From Nitrososphaeraceae archaeon (GTDB lineage Archaea > Thermoproteota > Nitrososphaeria > Nitrososphaerales > Nitrososphaeraceae): a stretch of 64,000 nt of DNA. Below the pieces are notes generated by a model. The model ran no database searches. It saw only the letters and a list, made by a program, of their open reading frames with translations, and was not told the DNA's origin. Below, in pieces: positions 28,830 to 38,623 of this stretch. The stretch's first letter is position 1. Each line of letters begins with the position of its first letter. Location of the stretch: positions 12,737 to 76,736 of the forward strand of contig JADDOQ010000001.1 in NCBI GenBank assembly GCA_016782315.1, written 5' to 3'. The translations under genes and the position numbers were made by a program.

Positions 28830-30623
28830 ATGGCGGATTCATCTTCATATTTTCTGATGGTGGCAACGTTTTTGCCCTTGATATTTTCTCCAGTAGTGTA
28901 TTTTTTAGGTAAACACAAAGGGATAAACATTGCAACATGGTTCTCATTTGGGATTTTAGCACTTTCTACGATTTTTCTAATAATTCCATCTTTAGGCCTA
29001 GGTTCTGGTGGTCAATATCAAGAAATTTATTCGGGTGGTCAATTAGGGCATTTTGGGCTTAAGTTAGATGGATTAAGTGTTCCTTTCGCAATAACAATAT
29101 ATATCATATCTACGGCAGTAGTTCTTTATTCAAAACCATATATGGCGCGAAAAATTCTTCTTGACCATGATCATGATCAAACCAAAACTATTGTAGAGCC
29201 AAAAAAAGATGATGTTGAAGTTGAGGATGGTAAAAATGTTGGGTTTAAAGGCGGTAATTTGTCCACAATGGTTTTATCAAAAACCCAAAAATCCCATCTT
29301 GATACCCAAATGGGGATTTACTTTGCCCTATACCTGGCCCTTTCAATGGGAATGGTGGGCACAGTACTTGCAACCAACATTCTTGAGTTCTATGTGTTTT
29401 TTGAATTAATGATTGTCCCGCCCTTCTTCCTTATTGCCTTTTTTGGTTATGGCAATAGGAAAAAGGTTTCATTTGTGTTCTTTTTATGGTCGGCCGTTGG
29501 AGCGCTTGTTTTGCTTTTGGGTTTGCTGGCCATAGGATTTTTCTCTGGAGGTTTTGATTTTGATGTTATAAAGTCTAATTCCTCACAAATACCTGTTGAT
29601 TGGATACCCTTGATACTGCTTTCGATTGTAATGGGTTTTGGGATAAAACTTGGCGCATTGTTTTTGCATGTTTGGTTACCTGACACATACACACAGGCAC
29701 CTACGCCAATATCTGTGGTAATTTCTTCGGCAATGACTGGAATAGGTGCATATGGTATTGTTCGAATATGGTTGGAGTTACTGTCCGGGAACTATGCTGG
29801 TTACGGCATTTACTTGGACATATGGGGGGTAGCAACAATGGTGTTTGGTGGTGCAATGGCGTTGATGCAAAATGACATCAAAAAGGTTTTGGCTTACTCG
29901 AGTATAAGCTCTATGGGCTATATTATATTTGGATTGGGCTCTGAAAGTGTTTTGGGTATAAGTGGTGCGATAATGCTTTACGTTTCCCATGGGCTTGGAA
30001 AAGCGTTACTGTTTATGATGGCTGGATCTATCATTCTGCAAACAGGAACAAGAAATATGGACAAGTTGGGTGGACTCTCAAGTAAAATGCCATACACCGC
30101 GGTACTGACTATGATTGGGGCGTTAACTATAATGGGTGTTCCTATAACCAGTGGCTTTATGGCTGAGTGGGTGCTGTTTAATGGGTCTCTGCAGGATGCC
30201 ATTGATGAAACGAATTATTTGAAGATCGCAGCATTTGCTGTGGCAATATCCACTACCGTCCTAACTTCGGCTTATATCTTATGGATGTACAAAAGAATAT
30301 TCTTCGGAATAGTTCCAGAAACATTAAAAAACGTAGGGGATTCGAGTAGATATGTAATAGTTACGATGGGGGTTTTAGCTGCTTTCACCTTGATTTTGGG
30401 TCTTTATCCTGATTTATTTTACAGCCCAATAATAAATTATGTAGAGAATTTGTATAGCAATTCTAGTAATATTGCCCAAATAAAACAAACAACTGATTCT
30501 CAGGAATTAAGAATCTCGGATCAGCTTATCGGCGGTTTTGGTGATTCAAAAACTAATGATTTTTCACAAATCGGAACAGGGGAAGTTGACGGATATTATA
30601 TGCAGCAGAATCGGTATACATAG
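28830..30623 (+). CDS. nuoM: Complex I antiporter-like subunit M with a hydrophilic insertion and C-terminal extension
   Basis: FYVFFELM, LHVWLPDTY, KKVLAYSSIS and SHGLGKALLF. Confidence 0.92.
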   Translation: MADSSSYFLMVATFLPLIFSPVVYFLGKHKGINIATWFSFGILALSTIFLIIPSLGLGSGGQYQEIYSGGQLGHFGLKLDGLSVPFAITIYIISTAVVLYSKPYMARKILLDHDHDQTKTIVEPKKDDVEVEDGKNVGFKGGNLSTMVLSKTQKSHLDTQMGIYFALYLALSMGMVGTVLATNILEFYVFFELMIVPPFFLIAFFGYGNRKKVSFVFFLWSAVGALVLLLGLLAIGFFSGGFDFDVIKSNSSQIPVDWIPLILLSIVMGFGIKLGALFLHVWLPDTYTQAPTPISVVISSAMTGIGAYGIVRIWLELLSGNYAGYGIYLDIWGVATMVFGGAMALMQNDIKKVLAYSSISSMGYIIFGLGSESVLGISGAIMLYVSHGLGKALLFMMAGSIILQTGTRNMDKLGGLSSKMPYTAVLTMIGALTIMGVPITSGFMAEWVLFNGSLQDAIDETNYLKIAAFAVAISTTVLTSAYILWMYKRIFFGIVPETLKNVGDSSRYVIVTMGVLAAFTLILGLYPDLFYSPIINYVENLYSNSSNIAQIKQTTDSQELRISDQLIGGFGDSKTNDFSQIGTGEVDGYYMQQNRYT

Positions 30624-30637
30624 GGGATTGAAAAAAA

Positions 30638-32686
30638 ATGGTAGGAACAGAAACAATAGGTTTTGCAGGTTTGGGTGTAAATGCCTGGTTGATTTGGATG
30701 ATTCCATTCATTGGGGCCGCATTGATCCCTGCATTAAAAAACAAAAGCGAACGTGTAAAAAGCTATATAGCGGTGGGATTTTCTTTTTTAAGCGCATTTT
30801 TTGCATTAAGTATTTTACCAATTGGTCTTGCGGGTAATGAAATTCACAGTCAGATCCCATGGTTTTCAGCCCTGAATTTGAATGCCGGGGTGTTGGCTGA
30901 TCCGCTCGGAATAATAATGAGCAATTTGGTTGCCTGGATATCTGCATCAATTTTTGTGTACTCTATATCTTATATGCATGGTGAAAGGTCTCTTACCCGT
31001 TATTGGTTTTTTATGCTGTTTTTCATAGGCTCGATGCAGCTAATTGTGTTGTCTGATAACCTTTTAATGGTGTTCTTTGGGTGGGAAGGCGTAGGATTGG
31101 CTTCCTTTGCTTTGATAGGGTTTTGGTACACAGACAGAAAGAAAGACTATGTTGGCAGAGAGGGACATGTAGTTTGGGGCATTCCCATGTGGGCATCGCC
31201 AACCCATTCTGGGATAAAGGCATTTTTGTTTAACCGTGTGGGCGACATAATGATGCTTTCGGGAATGTTCATGATTTTTGCATATGCTGGAACATTTGGA
31301 TTTAAAGAACTACTGTCTGACCAGAGCTGGGCCCAAGAAATGATGCAGCAAAATCTTTTAGTTCCTGCTGCGGTTTTGCTGTTTGGTGGAGCGATTGGAA
31401 AGTCTGCTCAGTTTCCATTAAATGAGTGGTTACTTGAGGCCATGACCGGTCCGACCTCTGTATCGGCATTGATACATGCTGCTACAATGGTGAAAGCTGG
31501 GGTCTTTTTAGTTGCAAGGATAGGTCCGCTCTTTTTTGCCTTGGCTGTCTTTAATGTTTCACTGTTCTTTGAGGTTGTGGCCTGGGTTGGTGCAATTACT
31601 GCTTTCCTATTGGCAACGCAGGCACTGGTTAACCAGGAAATAAAAAAAGTTTTGGCGTATTCTACAGGTTCACAGATAGGATACATGATGATGGCACTTG
31701 GAATTGCTGGCTTATCTACTAATTTTGTTGATGGCTATACCGCCGGTTTCTTTCATATGATTAGTCACGCCTTATTCAAAGCCTCATTGTTTATGGCAGC
31801 TGGTGCTATACTGCACACAGTTGGCTCAAGATTTATGTATGATATGGGTGGACTGAGAAAAAATATGAAAAAAACGTATATTTTCATGTTATTGGCTAGC
31901 TTGTCGTTAGCAGGGGCGCCTTTGATAACCTCTGGTTTTTGGAGCAAGGATGCTATTTTTGCGTCTTTATTGGAGTCTAGCTATTCATTATCGCCATACC
32001 TGTTTACAATTGCTGTTGTCATAGCCGTAATGACCGCATTTTACACCTTCAGGATGGTTGGACTTGTATTTTTTGGCAAACCTAGCAAAAACATGGCTAA
32101 TATGGAATCTAAAGGACAAAGAATCCATGAGGTAAGCAAAATGATGTGGATACCCTTTGCCATATTGGCCATATCATCCATAGCAATTGGTTTTGTAGGT
32201 TTTGCGTTTGAGGCACAAATCCATGGTTTATTTGCACACTATCTTTCAAATACGTTTGGCATATCTGAAAGAGGTGAAGGTGATGACGGAGGATTTTTGG
32301 GCCTTAATCCAATAGCTGCGATTTCTTCTGTTGGTGCTTTTGGGGTAGGAGGATATTTGGGTTATCTTTTCTATATACAGAGAAAAGCCGACCCTGAAAA
32401 AATACGGGAGAATGTTGTTTCAAGGGCCATGTGGCAGTTTTTGCACAACCGATGGTACCTCAATTCGCTTTTATATTGGATAGGTGTTGTTATCCCACTT
32501 GCTTTCTATAGGCTTACTTACAAATATTTTGAAGGTATATTTATCAATGGGATAAACCCAGCTCTTCAATATTCAATGGTTTTCATGTCAAAGGTCGTAA
32601 AGGTTACACAGACTGGGAATATACAGACATATTTGTATGTGTTTTCAGCTGGAATTATAGTAATAGCTATGCTATTATTGATGTAA
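30638..32686 (+). CDS. nuoL: Complex I antiporter-like subunit L
   Basis: GWEGVGL, GKSAQFPL, AMTGPTSVSALIHAATMVKAG and HALFKA. Confidence 0.95.
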   Translation: MVGTETIGFAGLGVNAWLIWMIPFIGAALIPALKNKSERVKSYIAVGFSFLSAFFALSILPIGLAGNEIHSQIPWFSALNLNAGVLADPLGIIMSNLVAWISASIFVYSISYMHGERSLTRYWFFMLFFIGSMQLIVLSDNLLMVFFGWEGVGLASFALIGFWYTDRKKDYVGREGHVVWGIPMWASPTHSGIKAFLFNRVGDIMMLSGMFMIFAYAGTFGFKELLSDQSWAQEMMQQNLLVPAAVLLFGGAIGKSAQFPLNEWLLEAMTGPTSVSALIHAATMVKAGVFLVARIGPLFFALAVFNVSLFFEVVAWVGAITAFLLATQALVNQEIKKVLAYSTGSQIGYMMMALGIAGLSTNFVDGYTAGFFHMISHALFKASLFMAAGAILHTVGSRFMYDMGGLRKNMKKTYIFMLLASLSLAGAPLITSGFWSKDAIFASLLESSYSLSPYLFTIAVVIAVMTAFYTFRMVGLVFFGKPSKNMANMESKGQRIHEVSKMMWIPFAILAISSIAIGFVGFAFEAQIHGLFAHYLSNTFGISERGEGDDGGFLGLNPIAAISSVGAFGVGGYLGYLFYIQRKADPEKIRENVVSRAMWQFLHNRWYLNSLLYWIGVVIPLAFYRLTYKYFEGIFINGINPALQYSMVFMSKVVKVTQTGNIQTYLYVFSAGIIVIAMLLLM

Positions 32687-32704
32687 CGGTGTATGTGGTA
32701 AAAA

Positions 32705-34204
32705 ATGGTTGATATATTCTCAACACCTTCTTTAGTTACTATTGTTTTGGGAACGGTTGCCCTTTTGATTCCGGTGATTGACGCTTTAAACAAAGAGAAA
32801 AGCTCCAAAAATAAAGTTTACAGCGGTATAGCTTTTGGTTCCCTTGTGTTGGCTTTGGTGATTGTGATTGCAAGAATAGTTTCAGGAGAAACACTCCCAG
32901 CTTTATCCCTTTCAAGTGACGGTGTCATCACCGATGATGTTTTTGGTGGGTTTTTCTCGATAGCTTTTCTTATTGTGTCTATAATGGTAACAGTATCATC
33001 ATGGAGCTACATGAAAAATAAAAGCAATCATGCTGCCTACTATTCTTTAATCCTTTTGTCCAGCATAGGGATGATACTCATAGGCTATTCAACAGATTTT
33101 GTAATGCTGTTAGTTTCATGGGAGCTGATGTCAATTCCAACTTATGCGCTAGCAGCGTTTTCTAAAAAGGACCCTATTTCAAATGAGTCTGCCGTAAAAT
33201 ACTTTCTGTTTGGAGCATTATCTACCTCAATTATTATTTTAGCTATGGGGATTGTATATGGATTAACCGGCACCACAAACATTTATGACTCGATTGTGGC
33301 GTTATCTGAACTAAAAACGGAGTTAATACCTTTTGGACTGTTGGCTGTGGGGTTGTTTGTGGCAGGTTTTGGCTTCAAGATGGGTTTGGTGCCTTTTCAT
33401 ATGTGGCTGCCAGATACCTATTCTGGGGCTCCCACAACAGTTGGTACACTCCTTGCGGCAGGCACAAAAAAAGCTGGGTTTGCAGCAGCCATAAGGGTCA
33501 TTGTGATTGGATTGATAGCATTAAACGTTCAATGGGCATTTGTGCTTGCCATTATTGCCATATTTACAATGACCATTGGTAATTTAGGAGCACTAACCCA
33601 GAGAAGCGTTCCAAGAATACTTGCTTATTCTAGTGTAGCTCAAGCCGGCTACATACTTATAGGTTTGGCAGTTGCCCCATTTGCCGCTCAGGGAATTGAT
33701 GCTTCTCTGTTTCATGTAATGAACCATGCGGTTATGAAATCTGGCGCCTTTATTGCGGCTGCAGCAGTTATTGTGGTTATCTCAGGTTACACCCTTGATA
33801 AATACAAGGGATTGGGTTATAGGATGCCAATAACCGCCATTGTAATGACAATCTCACTGCTGGCTTTAGCTGGGATTCCACCTCTGAATGGATTTTGGAG
33901 CAAACTGTTGTTGTTTGGATCGGCAATTGATAGCGGTCAACTAATTTGGTGGGGTCCCTACCTTGCGATTGCTGGTATACTAAATAGCGCATTGTCATTA
34001 GGCTATTATGCCTTGATAATAAGAAAAATGTATTTGGATGAGGGTGAGAATAGGGTGAGACAAAAGGAACCAAAGTCCCTAGTGGCCGTGCTGATATTTG
34101 CTCTGGGCTTTATGGTGATATTTGGTATATGGTATGGACCTATACTTGATTTCGCGTCCATGGCCTCTCCTGGAGATCTGACTCAACTGGTACCTGTAAG
34201 GTAA
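32705..34204 (+). CDS. nuoN: Complex I antiporter-like subunit N
   Basis: ESAVKYFL, FKMGLVPFHMWLPD, RILAYSS and AGIPPLNGF. Confidence 0.95.
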   Translation: MVDIFSTPSLVTIVLGTVALLIPVIDALNKEKSSKNKVYSGIAFGSLVLALVIVIARIVSGETLPALSLSSDGVITDDVFGGFFSIAFLIVSIMVTVSSWSYMKNKSNHAAYYSLILLSSIGMILIGYSTDFVMLLVSWELMSIPTYALAAFSKKDPISNESAVKYFLFGALSTSIIILAMGIVYGLTGTTNIYDSIVALSELKTELIPFGLLAVGLFVAGFGFKMGLVPFHMWLPDTYSGAPTTVGTLLAAGTKKAGFAAAIRVIVIGLIALNVQWAFVLAIIAIFTMTIGNLGALTQRSVPRILAYSSVAQAGYILIGLAVAPFAAQGIDASLFHVMNHAVMKSGAFIAAAAVIVVISGYTLDKYKGLGYRMPITAIVMTISLLALAGIPPLNGFWSKLLLFGSAIDSGQLIWWGPYLAIAGILNSALSLGYYALIIRKMYLDEGENRVRQKEPKSLVAVLIFALGFMVIFGIWYGPILDFASMASPGDLTQLVPVR

Positions 34205-34338
34205 ACCTTTGTCATTTTTTGTATTGTAAACATATGGTCGGCAAAGACTATTCCCGGATAGTTTTTTATTTTCTTTGATAACTCTATGATTATATGTCTA
34301 TGAAAAAGTTTTATTAGGAAAACTGAATAGTTTATTGG

Positions 34339-34617
34339 TTGTTCCCGGAACATTGCTCATTTGTAATTAACAAGGAAAAATGTTTACTTCCACCAGAATT
34401 TATAATGGAAATCAATGATGACAAAAATAACAAATTTATGGTGGGGCTGACCTGCTCTGGCCATAAACAAAAATTGGAAGAAAAGTTTCTACTTCTGCAA
34501 AGAAACAAACAGATTCCTCAGGGCGAAATCGTTTTTACTGCGATTAAGGTAATCACTACTAAATGCGTTACTGGAAACCAAGAAGATAAGGATGAAATAC
34601 AATTAAAAAGACTATAA
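34339..34617 (+). CDS. Conserved small Cys-containing protein
   Basis: TTG-started ORF MFPEHCS...KCLLPPEF...GLTCSGHK, resembling a conserved AOA hypothetical found after nuoN. Confidence 0.65.
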   Translation: MFPEHCSFVINKEKCLLPPEFIMEINDDKNNKFMVGLTCSGHKQKLEEKFLLLQRNKQIPQGEIVFTAIKVITTKCVTGNQEDKDEIQLKRL

Positions 34618-34663
34618 AAATCATCTTATTTTGTAGTATATTTTTACAACCCTTAGTTTAAAA

Positions 34664-35644
34664 TCACACCAATAATGCCTTTTTGTCATTGCCCTCTAAC
34701 ACATTAATTATATTTGTAGCTGCAGTCTCTGACATTCTATTTCTCGTGCTATGGCTTGAACTCCCAATATGTGGTAACAAAATGACATTTTTCATTTTAA
34801 TGAGCGGATTGTTTCTCGATATTGGCTCCTGTTCAAATACGTCCAATGCTGCTCCGGCCAGGTATTTGTTTCTCAAGGCAAAAACCAGATCTCTTTCTTT
34901 TATTATTCTACCCCTAGAAATATTGATTAGGAACGCTGTTTTTTTCATCACTTTAAGATTTTCAATATCTATTAGATGGTAACTGTCATCATTCAGAGAA
35001 CATGCGATTACTATGTAGTCAGCAATGGATAGTAATTCCTTCAATTTGCAGTACTTTGCTTTATTTTTTATATCTTTGCCTATGTCTGTTTTTTGTATAT
35101 TTCTTTTGTAATAAATGATTTCCATATCAAACCCTGTCGCTCTTTTGGCCACTGCTTTGCCAATTTTTCCAAAACCTATTAGACCTAAAACTTTATTATG
35201 TATGTCTGTTCCTAACATTAGCTCAGGACACCAACCGTTTTTCCATTTTGAATCTCTAACAAATTTGTCTGCCTCCACTATCCTTCTTCCCATACACAAT
35301 ACCAAACCAAATGCTAAATCAGCGGTTGTTTCTGTTAAGGTATCTCCTGTATAGCCTATCCTTATGCCTTTTTTATTGGCTGATTCAATGTCTATATGCT
35401 CATAACCTGCACTAAAAGTGCTTATTATCTTCAGGTTTGGCCCTGCAGTGTCTATAATTTGTTTATCAATTTTATCCTGTAGTACGCATAAAATAGCGTC
35501 TTTATCTTTTACGCTTTTAATTAACTCGTTCCTGTTTAAAGGCCTGTCTTTCTCATTGATTATTACATTATACCTTGATCTTAGGATTTCTATTCCATTT
35601 GTAGGAATCTTTCTTGTAATTAAAACTGTGGGTCTCTTTATCAA
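34664..35644 (-). CDS. gyaR: D-2-hydroxyacid dehydrogenase (glyoxylate reductase-like)
   Basis: GLIGFGKIG, NISRG, LDVFEQEP and PHIGS. Confidence 0.88.
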   Translation of the reverse strand: MIKRPTVLITRKIPTNGIEILRSRYNVIINEKDRPLNRNELIKSVKDKDAILCVLQDKIDKQIIDTAGPNLKIISTFSAGYEHIDIESANKKGIRIGYTGDTLTETTADLAFGLVLCMGRRIVEADKFVRDSKWKNGWCPELMLGTDIHNKVLGLIGFGKIGKAVAKRATGFDMEIIYYKRNIQKTDIGKDIKNKAKYCKLKELLSIADYIVIACSLNDDSYHLIDIENLKVMKKTAFLINISRGRIIKERDLVFALRNKYLAGAALDVFEQEPISRNNPLIKMKNVILLPHIGSSSHSTRNRMSETAATNIINVLEGNDKKALLV

Positions 35645-35860
35645 TTAATGGATTTTATTCTCAACAATATTTAATTTTGATGAATCATAAAATGACGGAA
35701 AAATGGATTATTAATTATCATAAAACAAGTCTTATTACTTTGAATGTTATAGAAATGTGTCATGTTTGATCATGTTACTGATGCGTATAGCAATAGGGGA
35801 ATAAATGTAAAGAAAAGCCGAAGCCCCGTTATGGGTAATTCCCCTAAAAATGATTATTAG

Positions 35861-36564
35861 TTGGGTCATAATCACGAACTTGATGCTTTTCTATCAAATA
35901 ACGTAATTTTCGAAAACATTATCGATTATGATAATATAAAGAAAATTTTTCTTTTTGCGATAACGTCTAACTTACCTGTCCATATTTTACTTGTTGGTCC
36001 GCCTGGCTCTGCAAAAACTTTGTTTTTAATGGAATGTATGAAACTACCCCGCTCATATTTTACTCTAGGCAGCCATAGCACAAAGGCAGGCATGATAGAT
36101 TATCTATTAAAAACAGGCCCAGAAACCTGATTATTGATGAGATTGAGTACATGCCAATTAAGGACCAAGCTGTACTATTGAGTCTAATGGAATCTGGAAT
36201 ATTGAGTGAAACAAAGTTTGAAAAGATTCGGAAGTCTGCTATGAGGACCTGGGTTTTTGCATCATGCAATAACGAAAAAAAACTGTTGACACCTTTGTTG
36301 TCGAGATTTCTTGTCCTATATTTTAAAAAATATACTTATGCGGCCTTTTTAAAAATAACGGAGAACATTCTCCTGAAAGACTGCAACCTTGGGCCGAAAA
36401 TCTCAAATGAGATTGCTTATTTAGTATGGAATAAACTAAAATCTAGAGATGTAAGAGATTGCATAAAGATAGGTAGGCTTTCAAAAAGCATTGAGGATGT
36501 GAATTTAATTGTGAATGCTTTAAAACAAAACAAAAATAATAGTGGCGATTTGTCCGACAGTTGA
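35861..36564 (+). pseudogene. AAA+ ATPase (MCM/RuvB-like small family) split by a -1 frameshift in an A5 tract
   Basis: Walker A GPPGSAKT in 35861-36130. A6 instead of A5 at 36109-36113 gives LKNRPRNLIIDEIEYM (Walker B), continuing into 36151-36564 with LLSRF (arginine finger). Confidence 0.8.
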
Positions 36565-36583
36565 AAGGTTTCTTTAAATTAAA

Positions 36584-37771
36584 TTGAAAGTAAAAAAAAA
36601 TATAAAGACAAAATGTGTAGTAGAACCACACCCAAAATTGAGAATTTTTATCTGTGGCCCAACGCTCTATGAAAAGTGCCACATAGGCCATGCTCGAATC
36701 TTTATTTTCTTTAATCTTTTAATTAATTTCCATAGATTTGTTGGAGACTCACCTGTCGCTATATTACAGCTAACTGATATTGACCATAAAATCTATCAAA
36801 AGAGCAGCAGCAGCAGCAATCACAAAACAGAAAAAATTGCCAATCTTCCTGATAAATACTTAATTTATCTTTTTAGAGATTTAGAAAATTTGCAGGTAGA
36901 ACATAACTTTATTTACAGCCGTGTTTCTGACTTTTTATCTTTAATTAAAAATGATGTTGTGGATATCCTGAGAACAAAAAGGGGGTATTCTTATGCTGGG
37001 AATGTTTACTTGACAATTGAGGATCCGATCGTTGGCTCCCTTGGGCTAACATCAGATGAAATTGATGATATGCCAATTGATATCTCTAGTGGAAAAAAGA
37101 ACCAGAGGGATATACTGATATGGAACTCTGAAAATTTTTACCAAGAATATAAAAAAACTGATTGTAATGGCGAAAACAATGATACAATATTGACAACGGG
37201 CATTCCCGGATGGCATTTCCAGGATCATGAAATAATAAAAAATGTTTTTAGCACCAAATATGATATCCATGGTGGAGCTAGAGAACTGTTATATCCTCAT
37301 CATGAGTTCATTGATGAATTGTTTATCAAAAATAATCTAAATGATGGTTACTTGAACCAAAAAAACAATTGGGTTCATGTAGGGCTTGTAAATATTGATT
37401 CAGAAAAGATGTCTAATTCAAGCGGCAATACTGTTTCCATTTCAGATGTTTTAAAAAGATACAGTCCAAATGCGCTTAAAATCTTTTTTTTATCCAAAAA
37501 ATATAGAGATGACGTCGAGTTTTCCATTGAAGGTCTTGACAGGGCCGATATTATTGACAAAATTATTGCAGGTTTATTGTTAAAGAAAGAAAATAATCCA
37601 CAACAATACAATTATTTAGAAAAAGAATATTTAAAGCAGTTTCTAAAGTTTATGCGAGACGATTATGACACTGAGTCATCCATAAGCCTCATCTTAAGGA
37701 TAATTGATAAGTATCATAATCCGGTGTTGATTGAAAGTATGGTCGGTATTCTTGGTCTCAGATATTATTAA
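36584..37771 (+). CDS. Divergent cysteinyl-tRNA synthetase-like protein (degenerate Zn site, no anticodon-binding domain)
   Basis: CGPTLYEKCHIGH, TDIDHKI, PGWHFQD, HGGARELLYPHHEF, KMSNSSGN, and a DALR-like DDYDT; ends at 395 aa. Confidence 0.85.
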   Translation: MKVKKNIKTKCVVEPHPKLRIFICGPTLYEKCHIGHARIFIFFNLLINFHRFVGDSPVAILQLTDIDHKIYQKSSSSSNHKTEKIANLPDKYLIYLFRDLENLQVEHNFIYSRVSDFLSLIKNDVVDILRTKRGYSYAGNVYLTIEDPIVGSLGLTSDEIDDMPIDISSGKKNQRDILIWNSENFYQEYKKTDCNGENNDTILTTGIPGWHFQDHEIIKNVFSTKYDIHGGARELLYPHHEFIDELFIKNNLNDGYLNQKNNWVHVGLVNIDSEKMSNSSGNTVSISDVLKRYSPNALKIFFLSKKYRDDVEFSIEGLDRADIIDKIIAGLLLKKENNPQQYNYLEKEYLKQFLKFMRDDYDTESSISLILRIIDKYHNPVLIESMVGILGLRYY

Positions 37772-38588
37772 AGTTTTAAAAGAAAACGAATTTAGTTTCT
37801 GTAGTAGTTGGCATTCTGGAGTTTTAAATATCGATAACAAGTTCTTTACATTGGTTAACAAAGACTTGCATGATGATTATTTTATAAACAGAACAGTAAT
37901 CAATAAAAAACTTCATTTCAATCTAAATGACATAGGCCAAATCGAAAAGTTGATGCATCCTTTACTTCAACTTTCGAAAGAGGAAAAAATGACTTTTAAT
38001 TTGCATATAGGCTCAGATCAGTCTCTTTTGGAAGATTATTTAATATGCAAAAATTTTAACAAAATTGATGAAGTATTGGGTTTGCATTACCCTGATTACT
38101 CTGATATGACCGTTTCAAATGTACCTGACAGTGCATTAAAACAAAACGATCAATCTTTGAAGGTTTTGGTAGTTGATAATGCTGATTTGCTGAAAAAGTG
38201 GATAGAGGTCTACTGTTTATCCTTTGATATCGATAAAAACAAAGAAATGTTGATATATCGGTTATTGTTGAAAAAATTCAATATCTTTAAGTTTGTTTTT
38301 GCTGAAATAGATGCCGTAGGGGGAAAAAATAAACAAATTGTAGGCTGCAGCATCCTATACTTTCATAATGATTGCATTGCTTTGTATTGTTTAGGTACTC
38401 TGAAGGAATATAGGCACAAAAACATTGCAACAAATATTATTAATTTTTCTATTGAATATGGCAGAAGGAAAAGTTGCGGGGTATTTGGTCTTCAAACACT
38501 TAAAAGCGATAATTTATTGTCTTTCTATCAAAAAAAGGGGTTTGTAAAAAGTTATAATAATAAGATATACAGGATCTTTGACCGTTAA
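37731..38588 (+). CDS. GNAT family N-acetyltransferase (two-domain, 285 aa)
   Basis: C-terminal LGTLKEYRHKNIA acetyl-CoA motif A and FYQKKGF motif B; overlaps the upstream gene (TTG at 37731 or 37752). Confidence 0.85.
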   Translation: MKVWSVFLVSDIIKVLKENEFSFCSSWHSGVLNIDNKFFTLVNKDLHDDYFINRTVINKKLHFNLNDIGQIEKLMHPLLQLSKEEKMTFNLHIGSDQSLLEDYLICKNFNKIDEVLGLHYPDYSDMTVSNVPDSALKQNDQSLKVLVVDNADLLKKWIEVYCLSFDIDKNKEMLIYRLLLKKFNIFKFVFAEIDAVGGKNKQIVGCSILYFHNDCIALYCLGTLKEYRHKNIATNIINFSIEYGRRKSCGVFGLQTLKSDNLLSFYQKKGFVKSYNNKIYRIFDR

Positions 38589-38623
38589 ATTTAATACCAA
38601 TATATTTTTACTTAAAAAATCTA

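Noticed and set aside
23489-34204. nuo operon looks more GC-rich than flanks (horizontal transfer?) or a '2M' complex I
   Set aside because: The visual GC difference is explainable by membrane-protein codon content and was not computed; only one nuoM is present and the gene order is AOA-typical.
789-36113. All frameshifts being sequencing homopolymer errors
   Set aside because: The four lesions are +/-1 changes in runs, but all fall in accessory genes while the roughly 50 kb of core genes, with many longer A/T runs, are intact. Genuine decay is more likely, though not proven for the single-lesion cases.
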